From: Candidatus Kapaibacterium sp.
GTDB lineage: Bacteria; Bacteroidota; Ignavibacteria; Kapaibacteriales; UBA2268
Direction: 5' to 3'
DNA: 64,000 nucleotides
NCBI GenBank assembly: GCA_026390695.1
Contig: JAPLFL010000103.1
Span: 8,963-72,962, forward strand
The notes under the pieces were generated by a model, which had not been told where the DNA came from, did no database searches, and saw only the letters and a program-made list of their open reading frames with translations. Position numbers and translations under genes: made by a program. Below, one piece after another: positions 45,531 to 55,031 of the stretch (position 1 is its first letter; each line of letters starts with the position of its first letter).

Positions 45531-46922
45531 TTAAAAATCAGTATTCATTGCCAGTGTTGTGCTGATGTCCTGCTGCGCATTATGCTTTTTATCAAGTTGT
45601 TTTACCTCAATATAGAGTAAAATCCCTGTTAAGACCGATGAACAAAAATCAGCTATAGGAGCAGAATACCAGATTCCATCTGTATGGAAAAATTGTGGTA
45701 ATATCAGCATCAGTGGCAGAACAAAAATGATTTGCCTCGTTAAAGTCAATATTAATGTCTGGGTTGGCTTTCCGACTGCCTGAAAATATACAGAACTTAC
45801 AACTTGAAATCCAATTACTGGTAACATAATAAGATAGATTCTAATAGCGTGGGTGCCCATTTCGATAAGAGCATGGTCATTATCACAAAATTTAGAAATC
45901 ATTTCTCGTCCGAATATATCAACTACTAATAAACCAATAATTCCGATTGAAACCGCTGCAAATATTGATAACCTCAATGTTGATTTAACACGGTCGAATT
46001 GCTTTGCACCGTAATTGAAGCCGATTATCGGCTGCATTCCCTGATTGATTCCAAAGATGGGCATCATAATAAACATAGCAATTGGACTGATTATTCCCAG
46101 AACTGCTATAGCTGTGTCGCCACCATACATAGTTAATGCCTTATTAGCAACGGAAATCGTGATTGCTCCTGCTATGTGCATCACAAAGAAAGGGAAACCG
46201 ATTTTCATTATCTGCGCTACAATTTCATATTTTAGCTTGAAATTCGAATAATGAAAATGCAAATGGCTTCTCTTTTGAAGGAAATAAGCAAAAATCCAGA
46301 TAAGTGAAACTAATTGTGCGATAACCGTAGCCAGAGCCGATCCAGCCATACCAAGTTTGAAAATAACGATAAATAACGGATTAAGAACAATATTGATTAA
46401 TGCACTAATAATCATGGTTATCATAGCGGTTTTGGGATTTCCTTCAGCACGTATCACATTATTCAGGGACCATGCTATTGATTGAAAAACTCCACCAACT
46501 AACGATATTTTCAAAAAAGTACGTGCATATTCCAGAACCGTTCCTTGAGCACCAAATGAAATTAATAAGGGGTCTAAGAAAATATACAAAATTCCGGTAA
46601 CAATAGTTGATAATATTAAAGACAGTGAGAACACATTACCTAAAATAAGTTCAGCTTCCTTTTTTTTCCCTTCTCCTAATTTCAGTGAAACGGCTGAGGA
46701 AGCGCCGAATCCGAGTAGCATACCAAATGCAAAAAATACCATGATTATAGGCATTGATATGTGAATCGCCGATATTCCTAAGGTGCCAACAACATTGCCG
46801 ATAAAATATCTGTCAATTAGTGAATAAGAAGCCATCACACCCATTCCGATCATACCGGGAAGAGAAAAGCTAAAGAGCAGTTTCCCTATTTTTTCGTTTC
46901 TTAATTTTTCTGTTCTATCCAT
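45531..46922 (-). CDS. MATE family efflux transporter
   Basis: SLPGMIGM..SLIDRYFIG, RAEGNPKTAM, GSALATVIAQ, QPIIGFNYGAK and FQAVGK. Confidence 0.93.
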   Translation of the reverse strand: MDRTEKLRNEKIGKLLFSFSLPGMIGMGVMASYSLIDRYFIGNVVGTLGISAIHISMPIIMVFFAFGMLLGFGASSAVSLKLGEGKKKEAELILGNVFSLSLILSTIVTGILYIFLDPLLISFGAQGTVLEYARTFLKISLVGGVFQSIAWSLNNVIRAEGNPKTAMITMIISALINIVLNPLFIVIFKLGMAGSALATVIAQLVSLIWIFAYFLQKRSHLHFHYSNFKLKYEIVAQIMKIGFPFFVMHIAGAITISVANKALTMYGGDTAIAVLGIISPIAMFIMMPIFGINQGMQPIIGFNYGAKQFDRVKSTLRLSIFAAVSIGIIGLLVVDIFGREMISKFCDNDHALIEMGTHAIRIYLIMLPVIGFQVVSSVYFQAVGKPTQTLILTLTRQIIFVLPLMLILPQFFHTDGIWYSAPIADFCSSVLTGILLYIEVKQLDKKHNAQQDISTTLAMNTDF

Positions 46923-47148
46923 AAAAATTTATTTCATTTATTTTAATTACGTATTGACGATTCAATTTTCAATTTCATGTATTAAAAATTGAGCATTAAA
47001 TAAATTCATTTTGAGACGAGGCTAAAAAGCTTAATGTAATAAAATTTCTAATTGGTTATTGAGTTTAAAATTAACTTTAAATGCACAATTAGATTATAGT
47101 TAACCTGAGGTTTTAGGCATTTAAGTGTAATTATAGAAACTCAAAATT

Positions 47149-47300
47149 TGTCATTCTTGCGAAAATCATCAATCGAGGCCGTCTCAAAAGCCACATATTT
47201 AACAAAAATGTCATTCCTGCGTATGCAGGAATCTCCTTCCAGTGCCAATTTAGGGGATTCCTGCATTCGAGACTGTGTAAAAACTATGAAATTCCAATGG
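47149..47300. repeat. Composite MITE/REP locus
   Basis: GAAAATCATCAATCGAGGCCGTCTCAAAAGCCACATATTTAACAAAAATGTC is a near-exact reverse complement of 11051-11103. ATTC|GAGACTGTGTAAAAACT at 47269. Confidence 0.85.
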
Positions 47301-47415
47301 AATGACTATTTTTAGAAGCACCCTTTAGTGAGGGGGAATAGTGATTCTTCAGAACGTTCCAAAATGACGGTTTTGAGATTTTTAGCTATTTAAAGAGGAC
47401 AAGAACTTTACAAAC

Positions 47416-48195
47416 TCAGTGCGAGAGGGCATAGACCATGATATTGACTCCTATCTTGAAAGATAGTTCGCGTTTTTCAGGAGGATCGTTGTGGGCATCG
47501 GCATCAGCCCAGCCATCGCTGGGATTTGTTTCATAAGTATAATAAACGCAGAGCCTGCCACCCGCAAATAACCCAAAGCCCTGAGGTGTTTTATTATCGT
47601 GCTCGTGGATTTTTGGCAAACCGTTTGGAAATTTGAAATGGCAGGTATATATTTCGTGATTAAAAGGCAACTCGACAAGTTTTTGTTCGGGGAAAACTTT
47701 TTTCATTTCTTTATGTACAGATTCATCTAATCCGTAATCATCATCTATATATAAAAACCCTCCGTTTTCGAGATATGCCCGCAGGTGCTTGATTTCAGTC
47801 TCACTAAAGTTTAAATTACCATGTCCGGTAATGAAAATTACTGGATACAGAAAAAGATTATCCGAAGCCAATTCAACATATTCGTAAAAAGGAGCAACTT
47901 TAATATTTGTATTAGCCGCTAAATATTTCAGCAAATTTGGTTCTGACGAAGGATCATTATACCAATCTCCTCCACCTGAATATTTCACTCTCGCTATTTT
48001 AAAGGCACTGGTAGTCTGCTGACTCAGAGCGCTTTCAGTGATAATCAAAAGCATAATTATGATTATGGAACTCAAACAAGAATGGGCTATGATCCCAGAT
48101 TTCCCATTAAAAAAATTATGTTTGGATTCTCCTTGTATCTTATAAAATAATTTATTTAAAATATTTGGGTTATCGCTTATAGCATGGTTCTTCAT
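47416..48195 (-). CDS. DUF4159 domain protein
   Basis: IARVKYSGGGDWY, YLENGGFL..DD, PKIHEHD and DGWAD. The true start may be downstream of 48195. Confidence 0.85.
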   Translation of the reverse strand: MKNHAISDNPNILNKLFYKIQGESKHNFFNGKSGIIAHSCLSSIIIIMLLIITESALSQQTTSAFKIARVKYSGGGDWYNDPSSEPNLLKYLAANTNIKVAPFYEYVELASDNLFLYPVIFITGHGNLNFSETEIKHLRAYLENGGFLYIDDDYGLDESVHKEMKKVFPEQKLVELPFNHEIYTCHFKFPNGLPKIHEHDNKTPQGFGLFAGGRLCVYYTYETNPSDGWADADAHNDPPEKRELSFKIGVNIMVYALSH

Positions 48196-48853
48196 ATTTA
48201 AATTCGCAGATTAATAATTTTTTATCATCTTTTTCAAAAAAGTCACAATCTATTAACGAAATAGGATGAACTTTAATCTTTAATTTCGGAAAAGAATTTT
48301 TTGCAAGTTTGATTTCTTCATCAATATTACCGCCTTTGTATAAAATTATTTTAGAATGTGGCTTCAGCAGATATTGAATCCACTCCAATATCTGATTTAC
48401 CGGTGCAACTGCACGTGAAATGAATATATCGAACTGTTCCCTGTATTTTCTGTTAAAATGAAGCTCTTCCACTCTTGTTCGAACAGCTCTGAGTTTTTTG
48501 TTAGCGGTATGATCAGCCATTGATTCGGTAATTTTTATTTTTTTCTCAATAGAATCAACTAAAAGCATAGACAAATCAGGACGGACAATTGAAATTGGGA
48601 TGCCAGGTATGCCGCCTCCTGAGCCAATATCAAGGCAGTTTGAATTCTTTTTTATTTCAAAATATTTAATAATTGTCAATGCGTGTAAGATATGTCTTTC
48701 CCATAAATTTGTAATATCTTTACGTGAAATTAAATTTACTTTATCATTCCAGTAAATTAAATCATTGTGGTATTGTTGCAGCTTTTCAAAGGCTATTTCA
48801 GTTAGATGTATATTGTTCTTGAAACATATAATCTTAAATTCTTCACTCGTCAT
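48170..48853 (-). CDS. rsmG: 16S rRNA m7G527 methyltransferase
   Basis: WNDKVNLIS, RHILHAL, LDIGSGGGIPGIP, LVDSIEKK, SRAVA and YKG. Confidence 0.93.
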   Translation of the reverse strand: MTSEEFKIICFKNNIHLTEIAFEKLQQYHNDLIYWNDKVNLISRKDITNLWERHILHALTIIKYFEIKKNSNCLDIGSGGGIPGIPISIVRPDLSMLLVDSIEKKIKITESMADHTANKKLRAVRTRVEELHFNRKYREQFDIFISRAVAPVNQILEWIQYLLKPHSKIILYKGGNIDEEIKLAKNSFPKLKIKVHPISLIDCDFFEKDDKKLLICEFKYEEPCYKR

Positions 48854-50312
48854 TGATATTGTTCTTTACTTTACTATGAATAAAAAAACCGATATTTTCA
48901 GCTAAAAGAATTTTTAGAGGTTTGCTCACTAATCTAAATTCATATTGTTTCTTTATCAGTCCATGGCAATCATATTTGACTAATATTGCATTTAAAATAG
49001 AAACGCTTAATCCAAAGAAAAAATAAAGTGATTGGCTAATCACTTGATTTCCGGCAATGTTCTGTATAAGGAAAGTGTTGCAACCAATAAAAAAAGCAAT
49101 TCCAAGCAATGATGAGTTTTCTGGAGTAATGAAATTTAATTTTCTATTGGAATTTAGTAAGCGGTTAATATAATAAAGGGGAGTAATGAACATGGAAATA
49201 AATATAATTAGCCCAATCAATCCAAGTTCGGACAAAACCTGAAGAAAAGATGAATCATAGAACATTACTTTACCTTTTGTGAAAATAAAGGTTAAGCCAA
49301 GCCCATGGCCCAAAAGAGGATTATTCAAAAAACATTCCCAAGCAATTTTTATTCCTGATGCCCTTAACCAAAAGGATTCTCCTGCCATCTGCCTGCTTGC
49401 ATGTCCACCGGAAGAAATACCATAAATTCTATCGGTAAATAACGAGATGACACTTATATTCAGATAATTTTCAACTAAAATATCTGCAAAAATTATTATC
49501 AGTACTGAAATTATTATTACCGGTATCATTTTCTTTGTTTTTGAAAATCTTTCAAAAATAAAAAGAAAAGAAATGAATATTCCTAATCCGGTAAATCCTG
49601 TCATTGAAAAGGTAAGAAAAAGGCTGATAAGGCTGATAATAAAGATTAGAACTGCTAATCCTTGGTTTTTTAATATAAATTTCCCTGAATAAATCAATGG
49701 AGTAATTAAAAAAATTAAAATCACATTATTGAAATTTGCGAGAGCCGATGGTTCTGAAAAGACAGATGTATTGCGAAAAAAAGAAGCAAATTGTAAACTT
49801 ATTTGACTTATTTCATTGTCAACTCCATAAGATCTGGTGGCCATATTTCTGGAATTTGAACTTAACCAAGCTAATGGTAAACCAAAAGCACGGGCGAAAA
49901 TCTGATAAACCCCAAAAATGTTTATTATAATGGAAATAATTAACAGAGCTTTGATTAACTTAGCCCAATCTTCTAATTTTATTGGAAATATTATAAAAAT
50001 AATTAATGGGATTATTACATAAACAAAATGTAAAAAAGTTTTTATAAATTGTATGGTTATATCAGAGTTATGCTCAAATACAACAAAAACTCCTGATAAA
50101 ACAGAAATAAAAAGCATTGCTATTACTATTAGTAGGGTATCAGGATTTGTAATTTTAACTTTTTGTCCTTCCCAAATCATTTTTTTAATCACATAAAAAA
50201 TTAGAAGAAGTTCACCGGCATCAGAAACGCCGACCCCATATGTGCTTATTCCAAAAAATTCAAACAAAATGAAAAAACCACTACAATAAATTATAAGTAA
50301 AATCAGAAACAT
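48843..50312 (-). CDS. O-antigen ligase/polymerase-like membrane protein
   Basis: Multiple transmembrane helices; RNTSVFSEPS, LTFSMTG, NPLLGHGLG and LSELGLIG. Confidence 0.8.
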   Translation of the reverse strand: MFLILLIIYCSGFFILFEFFGISTYGVGVSDAGELLLIFYVIKKMIWEGQKVKITNPDTLLIVIAMLFISVLSGVFVVFEHNSDITIQFIKTFLHFVYVIIPLIIFIIFPIKLEDWAKLIKALLIISIIINIFGVYQIFARAFGLPLAWLSSNSRNMATRSYGVDNEISQISLQFASFFRNTSVFSEPSALANFNNVILIFLITPLIYSGKFILKNQGLAVLIFIISLISLFLTFSMTGFTGLGIFISFLFIFERFSKTKKMIPVIIISVLIIIFADILVENYLNISVISLFTDRIYGISSGGHASRQMAGESFWLRASGIKIAWECFLNNPLLGHGLGLTFIFTKGKVMFYDSSFLQVLSELGLIGLIIFISMFITPLYYINRLLNSNRKLNFITPENSSLLGIAFFIGCNTFLIQNIAGNQVISQSLYFFFGLSVSILNAILVKYDCHGLIKKQYEFRLVSKPLKILLAENIGFFIHSKVKNNINDE

Positions 50313-50394
50313 GTTAAATATTTTTTATAATAATAATTACAAAATTACTATTTTAAAATGCAATTAAACAAGTATTTTAATTTATAAAAATGAA

Positions 50395-50841
50395 ATGGAA
50401 AAAATTGATCATTTATCATTAGATAAATCACAAACCGAACTTATCGAAGCTGCAATATCTTTACGCAAAATGGCATATTGTCCTTACTCGAATTTTAAAG
50501 TAGGAGCTGCTCTCAGAGATGATGCCGGTGATATTCACAACGGCTGTAACATAGAATCATCTGATTATACACTCACCACCCATGCTGAGATGTTGGCAAT
50601 TGATTCAATGGTTAAATCAAGAGTAGGTGCAAAAATTCAAAGTCTGGCTGTTGCCTTATCATCAAAGTCAGGGTATCCGCTGCCATGTGGACTTTGCAGG
50701 CAGAAGATAGCTGAATTCTCTGATGGAGATGTTATCGTATATGGTGTAAATCTGGATGAATTAGGGCTGGTTTCCGATATTTTTAAAACATCTTTGAATG
50801 AACTATATCCTTTTTCATTCAATGCGATAAATTTGGAGTAA
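50395..50841 (+). CDS. cdd: Cytidine deaminase
   Basis: AYCPYSNFKVGAAL, GCNIE, HAE and PCGLCRQ. Confidence 0.88.
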   Translation: MEKIDHLSLDKSQTELIEAAISLRKMAYCPYSNFKVGAALRDDAGDIHNGCNIESSDYTLTTHAEMLAIDSMVKSRVGAKIQSLAVALSSKSGYPLPCGLCRQKIAEFSDGDVIVYGVNLDELGLVSDIFKTSLNELYPFSFNAINLE

Positions 50842-50940
50842 GATGCCGAAATTTGTTAGTTAAAAACAAAATAAATGCTAAATAAAGCGTCTATACTTAA
50901 TTATTTAGATTCTTTACAAATATTTTTTATTAGGGTGCCG

Positions 50941-52836
50941 ATGAGAAAATGGAAAATTGAGGATTCAATTGAATTATATAATGTTAATGGCTGGGGAGTC
51001 GATTATTTTTCTATAAATGAAAATGGCAACATCAGCGTTAGTCCTAAGAAGGATAAGGTCAGTATTGACCTGAAAGATTTAATTGACGAATTGGTTCTTC
51101 GCGACGTTTCTACTCCAGTTCTACTGCGTTTTCCTGATATCCTTGATAATAGAATAGAAACAATTGCAAATTGTTTTGCACAGGCATCTAAGGAATATGG
51201 CTTCAATGGCGATTTTTTCAGTATTTATCCAATCAAGGTGAATCAGGCCAGACCAGTTGTAGAGGAAGTATTAAAACATGGCAGCAAATTCAATTTTGGA
51301 CTCGAAGCTGGCTCTAAGCCTGAGCTTCATGCTGTTTTAGCCGTTACAACAAACCCAGAATCATTGATCATTTGTAATGGTTATAAGGATAAAGATTTTA
51401 TCGAATTAGCCCTTTTAGCTCAAAAAATGGGTAAAAAGATATTTTTAGTCGTCGAGAAACTAAATGAACTACGCCTTATTATTCAAATCTCAAAAAGGCT
51501 CGGTGTAAAGCCAAATGTAGGAATTCGTATTAAACTTGCCAGCTCCGGAAGCGGCAAATGGGAAGATTCAGGCGGTGATCAAAGTAAATTCGGACTCAAT
51601 GCCAGCGAGTTGGTTGAAGCAATTGAAATAGCTGTCCAATACAATTTCCTCGAACAAATTAAATTGATCCATTTTCATCTTGGTAGCCAGATCACCAAAA
51701 TTCGAAAAATTAAAACTGCCCTACGTGAAGCGGCACAGTTTTATGTTCAACTTATGAAACTCGGCTGTAATATCAATTTTGTTGACATTGGAGGTGGACT
51801 TGGTGTAGATTATGACGGTACTCGCTCAACAAATTCAAGTAGCATCGATTATTCAATCCAAGAATATGTCAACGACGCAATTGCTACTCTGGTTGAAGCC
51901 TGCGAAAAAAATAATCTAAAGCATCCTAATTTGATAACTGAGTCTGGTAGATCTCTAACAGCCCATCATTCAGTACTTATTTTTGATGTTTTGGAAAAAA
52001 CGACGCAGCCTGTGTGGGAAGAAAATGAAAAACTTGGCGATAATGAACATGATTTAGTTAGAGAATTATATAGAATTTATGAGGATTTAAGCCCATCCCG
52101 AATGCTCGAAGCCTGGCACGATGCCCAGCAGATACGTGAAGAGGCATTGGATCTATTTAGTCTTGGTATGCTTGATCTGCATACCCGTGCAATGATCGAA
52201 AGGCTCTTCTGGTCAACTGCAAGAGATGTTTATGATATTAGTGTCGAAATGAAACATCCACCCGAAGAGTTGAAAATTCTTTCAAAGATGTTGAGCGATA
52301 AATATTTTTGTAATTTCTCATTATTCCAGTCTTTACCTGATTCATGGGCTATAGATCAGGTGTTTCCGATAATACCTATTCATAGGCATACGGAAAAACC
52401 TTCAAGATTTGCTACTATTCAGGATATTACCTGTGATTCGGATGGTAAAATCGAACACTTTATCGGATCACGCAATTTATCTCACAATCTGCCACTGCAC
52501 GAATTCAAGAAAGACCAGCCCTATTATTTAGGTGTTTTTCTTATAGGGGCTTATCAGGAAATATTAGGTGATTTACATAATTTGTTTGGTGACACAAATG
52601 CAGTGCATGTGGTTGTGAAAGACGGTGTGTATGAAATCAAACAAATTATAGACGGAGAGTCAGTTGCCGAAGTTTTGGATTATGTTCAGTATAGCTCAAA
52701 AAAATTAGTAAGAACGATGGAAACTTATGTCTCGACATGCGTTAAAGAAGGTAAAATATCACTTGAAGAAGGAAAAGAATTTCTTTCGAATTATCGTTCT
52801 GGCTTGTATGGATATACATATCTGGAAAAAGAGTGA
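50941..52836 (+). CDS. speA: Biosynthetic arginine decarboxylase
   Basis: MRKWKIEDS..YNV.GWG, YPIKVNQ, GLEAGSKPEL, HFHLGSQ, ESGR and DITCDSDG; the ATG at 50941 is preferred. Confidence 0.95.
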   Translation: MRKWKIEDSIELYNVNGWGVDYFSINENGNISVSPKKDKVSIDLKDLIDELVLRDVSTPVLLRFPDILDNRIETIANCFAQASKEYGFNGDFFSIYPIKVNQARPVVEEVLKHGSKFNFGLEAGSKPELHAVLAVTTNPESLIICNGYKDKDFIELALLAQKMGKKIFLVVEKLNELRLIIQISKRLGVKPNVGIRIKLASSGSGKWEDSGGDQSKFGLNASELVEAIEIAVQYNFLEQIKLIHFHLGSQITKIRKIKTALREAAQFYVQLMKLGCNINFVDIGGGLGVDYDGTRSTNSSSIDYSIQEYVNDAIATLVEACEKNNLKHPNLITESGRSLTAHHSVLIFDVLEKTTQPVWEENEKLGDNEHDLVRELYRIYEDLSPSRMLEAWHDAQQIREEALDLFSLGMLDLHTRAMIERLFWSTARDVYDISVEMKHPPEELKILSKMLSDKYFCNFSLFQSLPDSWAIDQVFPIIPIHRHTEKPSRFATIQDITCDSDGKIEHFIGSRNLSHNLPLHEFKKDQPYYLGVFLIGAYQEILGDLHNLFGDTNAVHVVVKDGVYEIKQIIDGESVAEVLDYVQYSSKKLVRTMETYVSTCVKEGKISLEEGKEFLSNYRSGLYGYTYLEKE

Positions 52837-53822
52837 AGTGTTGTTTATTAGTTCCCGGTTTTAATAATTTGATTCTGTCATTGCCTAAAATACAGAGAAT
52901 AGCTCCAAAAGCTCTAATTGAGAAATACATTTACTTGTTCAGCTCAAATATAAGGAAATTATTATTTATCATTTTATTTTTGATAATTAGCACTGACTCT
53001 AAAGCTTCAAACGATACTACATTAATTCTATCAGTAAAAAAATATTTAAATAAAATCATTTCCAAACCAAACTATATTATTAATCAACCTACAGTAGGTT
53101 TGACTTATGGGTTAGCTCCGATAAGTTCTCAGTCGCTGAAGAATCCCCTTGCTTCTTGCTTTAATACTGAAATTATATACGGATTCAATCAAATTGACAG
53201 CAATTACGATTATCCTTTGGTTTATAAATCCAACACTCAATATACTTTCCTATCAAATATCTCATCACATTTTGGCCCTGGTACTATTCAAAACAGAGGA
53301 CTCACAACCGATTCTTGGCGTTTCGGCTTTGGTCACACAAGCGGTTGGGGATGGGATAGTCATCGTTCAGACCTGCTCCTATGGCATAGTGGTGCATTTG
53401 TTTTTACTCATATTGATTTCGAGCAATATCCAAATGATCAAAATGATCTTAACATTTATAATCATTTTGATTTGGTATTTAAATTCGGTACATCAACTTC
53501 GACCGGACTGAATGCTAAGATATATGAGATTTTATATGCAGATCTTTCTTATGAACATTCAATAGTATTCCCTCGTTTTATGCCATTTAAATGGATGGGG
53601 TCTTACTTTACGGAATTATTACTTGAAAAAACAATCGATGTTTTTGATGAGAAGCTGCTTGACCGTTACGAAGAATTTTATCCTTTGGTGTATTTTCTTA
53701 TGAAGAATGCGGTTTCATTTTCTCTGTATGAACTGCGAAGACATCAAATGAACTGGCCTTTTTCGGATGCATCTCCAATGAATTATGATATGATAAAATT
53801 TGGAATAGCACTTAAATTCTAA
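52833..53822 (+). CDS. Hypothetical exported/outer-membrane protein
   Basis: Beta-rich sequence ending in F (KFGIALKF); start uncertain. Confidence 0.6.
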   Translation: MKCCLLVPGFNNLILSLPKIQRIAPKALIEKYIYLFSSNIRKLLFIILFLIISTDSKASNDTTLILSVKKYLNKIISKPNYIINQPTVGLTYGLAPISSQSLKNPLASCFNTEIIYGFNQIDSNYDYPLVYKSNTQYTFLSNISSHFGPGTIQNRGLTTDSWRFGFGHTSGWGWDSHRSDLLLWHSGAFVFTHIDFEQYPNDQNDLNIYNHFDLVFKFGTSTSTGLNAKIYEILYADLSYEHSIVFPRFMPFKWMGSYFTELLLEKTIDVFDEKLLDRYEEFYPLVYFLMKNAVSFSLYELRRHQMNWPFSDASPMNYDMIKFGIALKF

Positions 53823-53901
53823 ACTTTTCCTAATATTTATATTTAAAATAAACTATCACTAAAAATTAAACATCTTACACTTTTCGATAATAAGAATTAA
53901 A

Positions 53902-55029
53902 ATGAAGAAAAAAATTGCAATTATTCTTATAACAATTTTCGTGGTAAGCGCACTGTTTTTCGCTGTCCAGAAAATAATAAAATCCAGCGCTGAAGGCGTA
54001 AAACGAATGCCTTTAATTGTAAATGTCAATATTGGAAAACTCAAGAAAGGAGATATATCCAATACTGAAAGTTTAACCGGAACAATTTATTCCGATCAAC
54101 AGGCAAATATTTATTCTAAAGTCAGTGGAAATATAGAAAAAGTTTTTGTTAATATTGGAGATTTTGTCAAACAAGGACAACTCTTAGCTTTGATAGATAC
54201 AAGTATATATTCACAAAATCTTAAACTTGCAAGTGCAAATTATAATCAGGCTACTGCCACTGCTGCTAACAGTAAATTACTCTTTGACAGAAACAGTAAA
54301 TTATTGGAGCAGAATCTTATCTCCAAACAAGAAGTGGATAACTCAAAAACTGCTTATGAAGTAACTTTAGCTCAAAAAGATGCTGCTTTTGCAAATTATT
54401 CGAATGCAATAACACAACTTAGTTATTGCAGAATCACAGCACCATTTACCGGATACATTACTAAAAGAATGCTGGATGCTGGTGTTTATGTAACAGCATC
54501 TGCAGCGTCTCAAAGCTCAAATTTATTCATTCTTTCGGATTTAACTAAGTTAAAAATAATTACAAATATTCCTGAAAAAGATATTAGTATCCTTGATAGG
54601 ATAACTGATATTGAAGTTATCCCTGATGCACTACCAGAGCAATTATTCAAGGGCAAATTAAATAGAATCTCCGGTTCGATTGATCTATCGACACGCACAA
54701 TGGAAGTTCAGATTGATATTAATGATAATAAAAAAGTATTAAAACCCGGAATGTTTACAAAAATTAGTTTAATAACCGAGAAAAAGTCAAATATAAATTA
54801 TTTACCAAATGAGGTGATTCAGAGCGATCCAAATGGTGATTATGTTTTTGTTGTTAATGGTAATCCGCAGCCAAACTCAACATGTACTGTATCAAAAAAA
54901 TATGTGAAACTCGGATTGAAGCAAGAAACAAAATGTGAAATAGTATCCGGTATTGATGAAAATGATAATCTCGTCGTTGTTGGTCAGAATTTAATCAAAG
55001 ATGGTTCCACAGTCAAGATTGCGAAATAA
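53902..55029 (+). CDS. RND efflux periplasmic adaptor (MFP)
   Basis: SKVSGNIEKVFV..GDFVKQGQLL, ITAPFTGYI and LKPGMF. Confidence 0.92.
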   Translation: MKKKIAIILITIFVVSALFFAVQKIIKSSAEGVKRMPLIVNVNIGKLKKGDISNTESLTGTIYSDQQANIYSKVSGNIEKVFVNIGDFVKQGQLLALIDTSIYSQNLKLASANYNQATATAANSKLLFDRNSKLLEQNLISKQEVDNSKTAYEVTLAQKDAAFANYSNAITQLSYCRITAPFTGYITKRMLDAGVYVTASAASQSSNLFILSDLTKLKIITNIPEKDISILDRITDIEVIPDALPEQLFKGKLNRISGSIDLSTRTMEVQIDINDNKKVLKPGMFTKISLITEKKSNINYLPNEVIQSDPNGDYVFVVNGNPQPNSTCTVSKKYVKLGLKQETKCEIVSGIDENDNLVVVGQNLIKDGSTVKIAK

Positions 55030-55031
55030 TT

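Noticed and set aside
47059-47144. Long imperfect hairpin upstream of the MATE gene
   Set aside because: Only two 8-bp matched blocks in very AT-rich DNA; not distinguishable from chance by eye.
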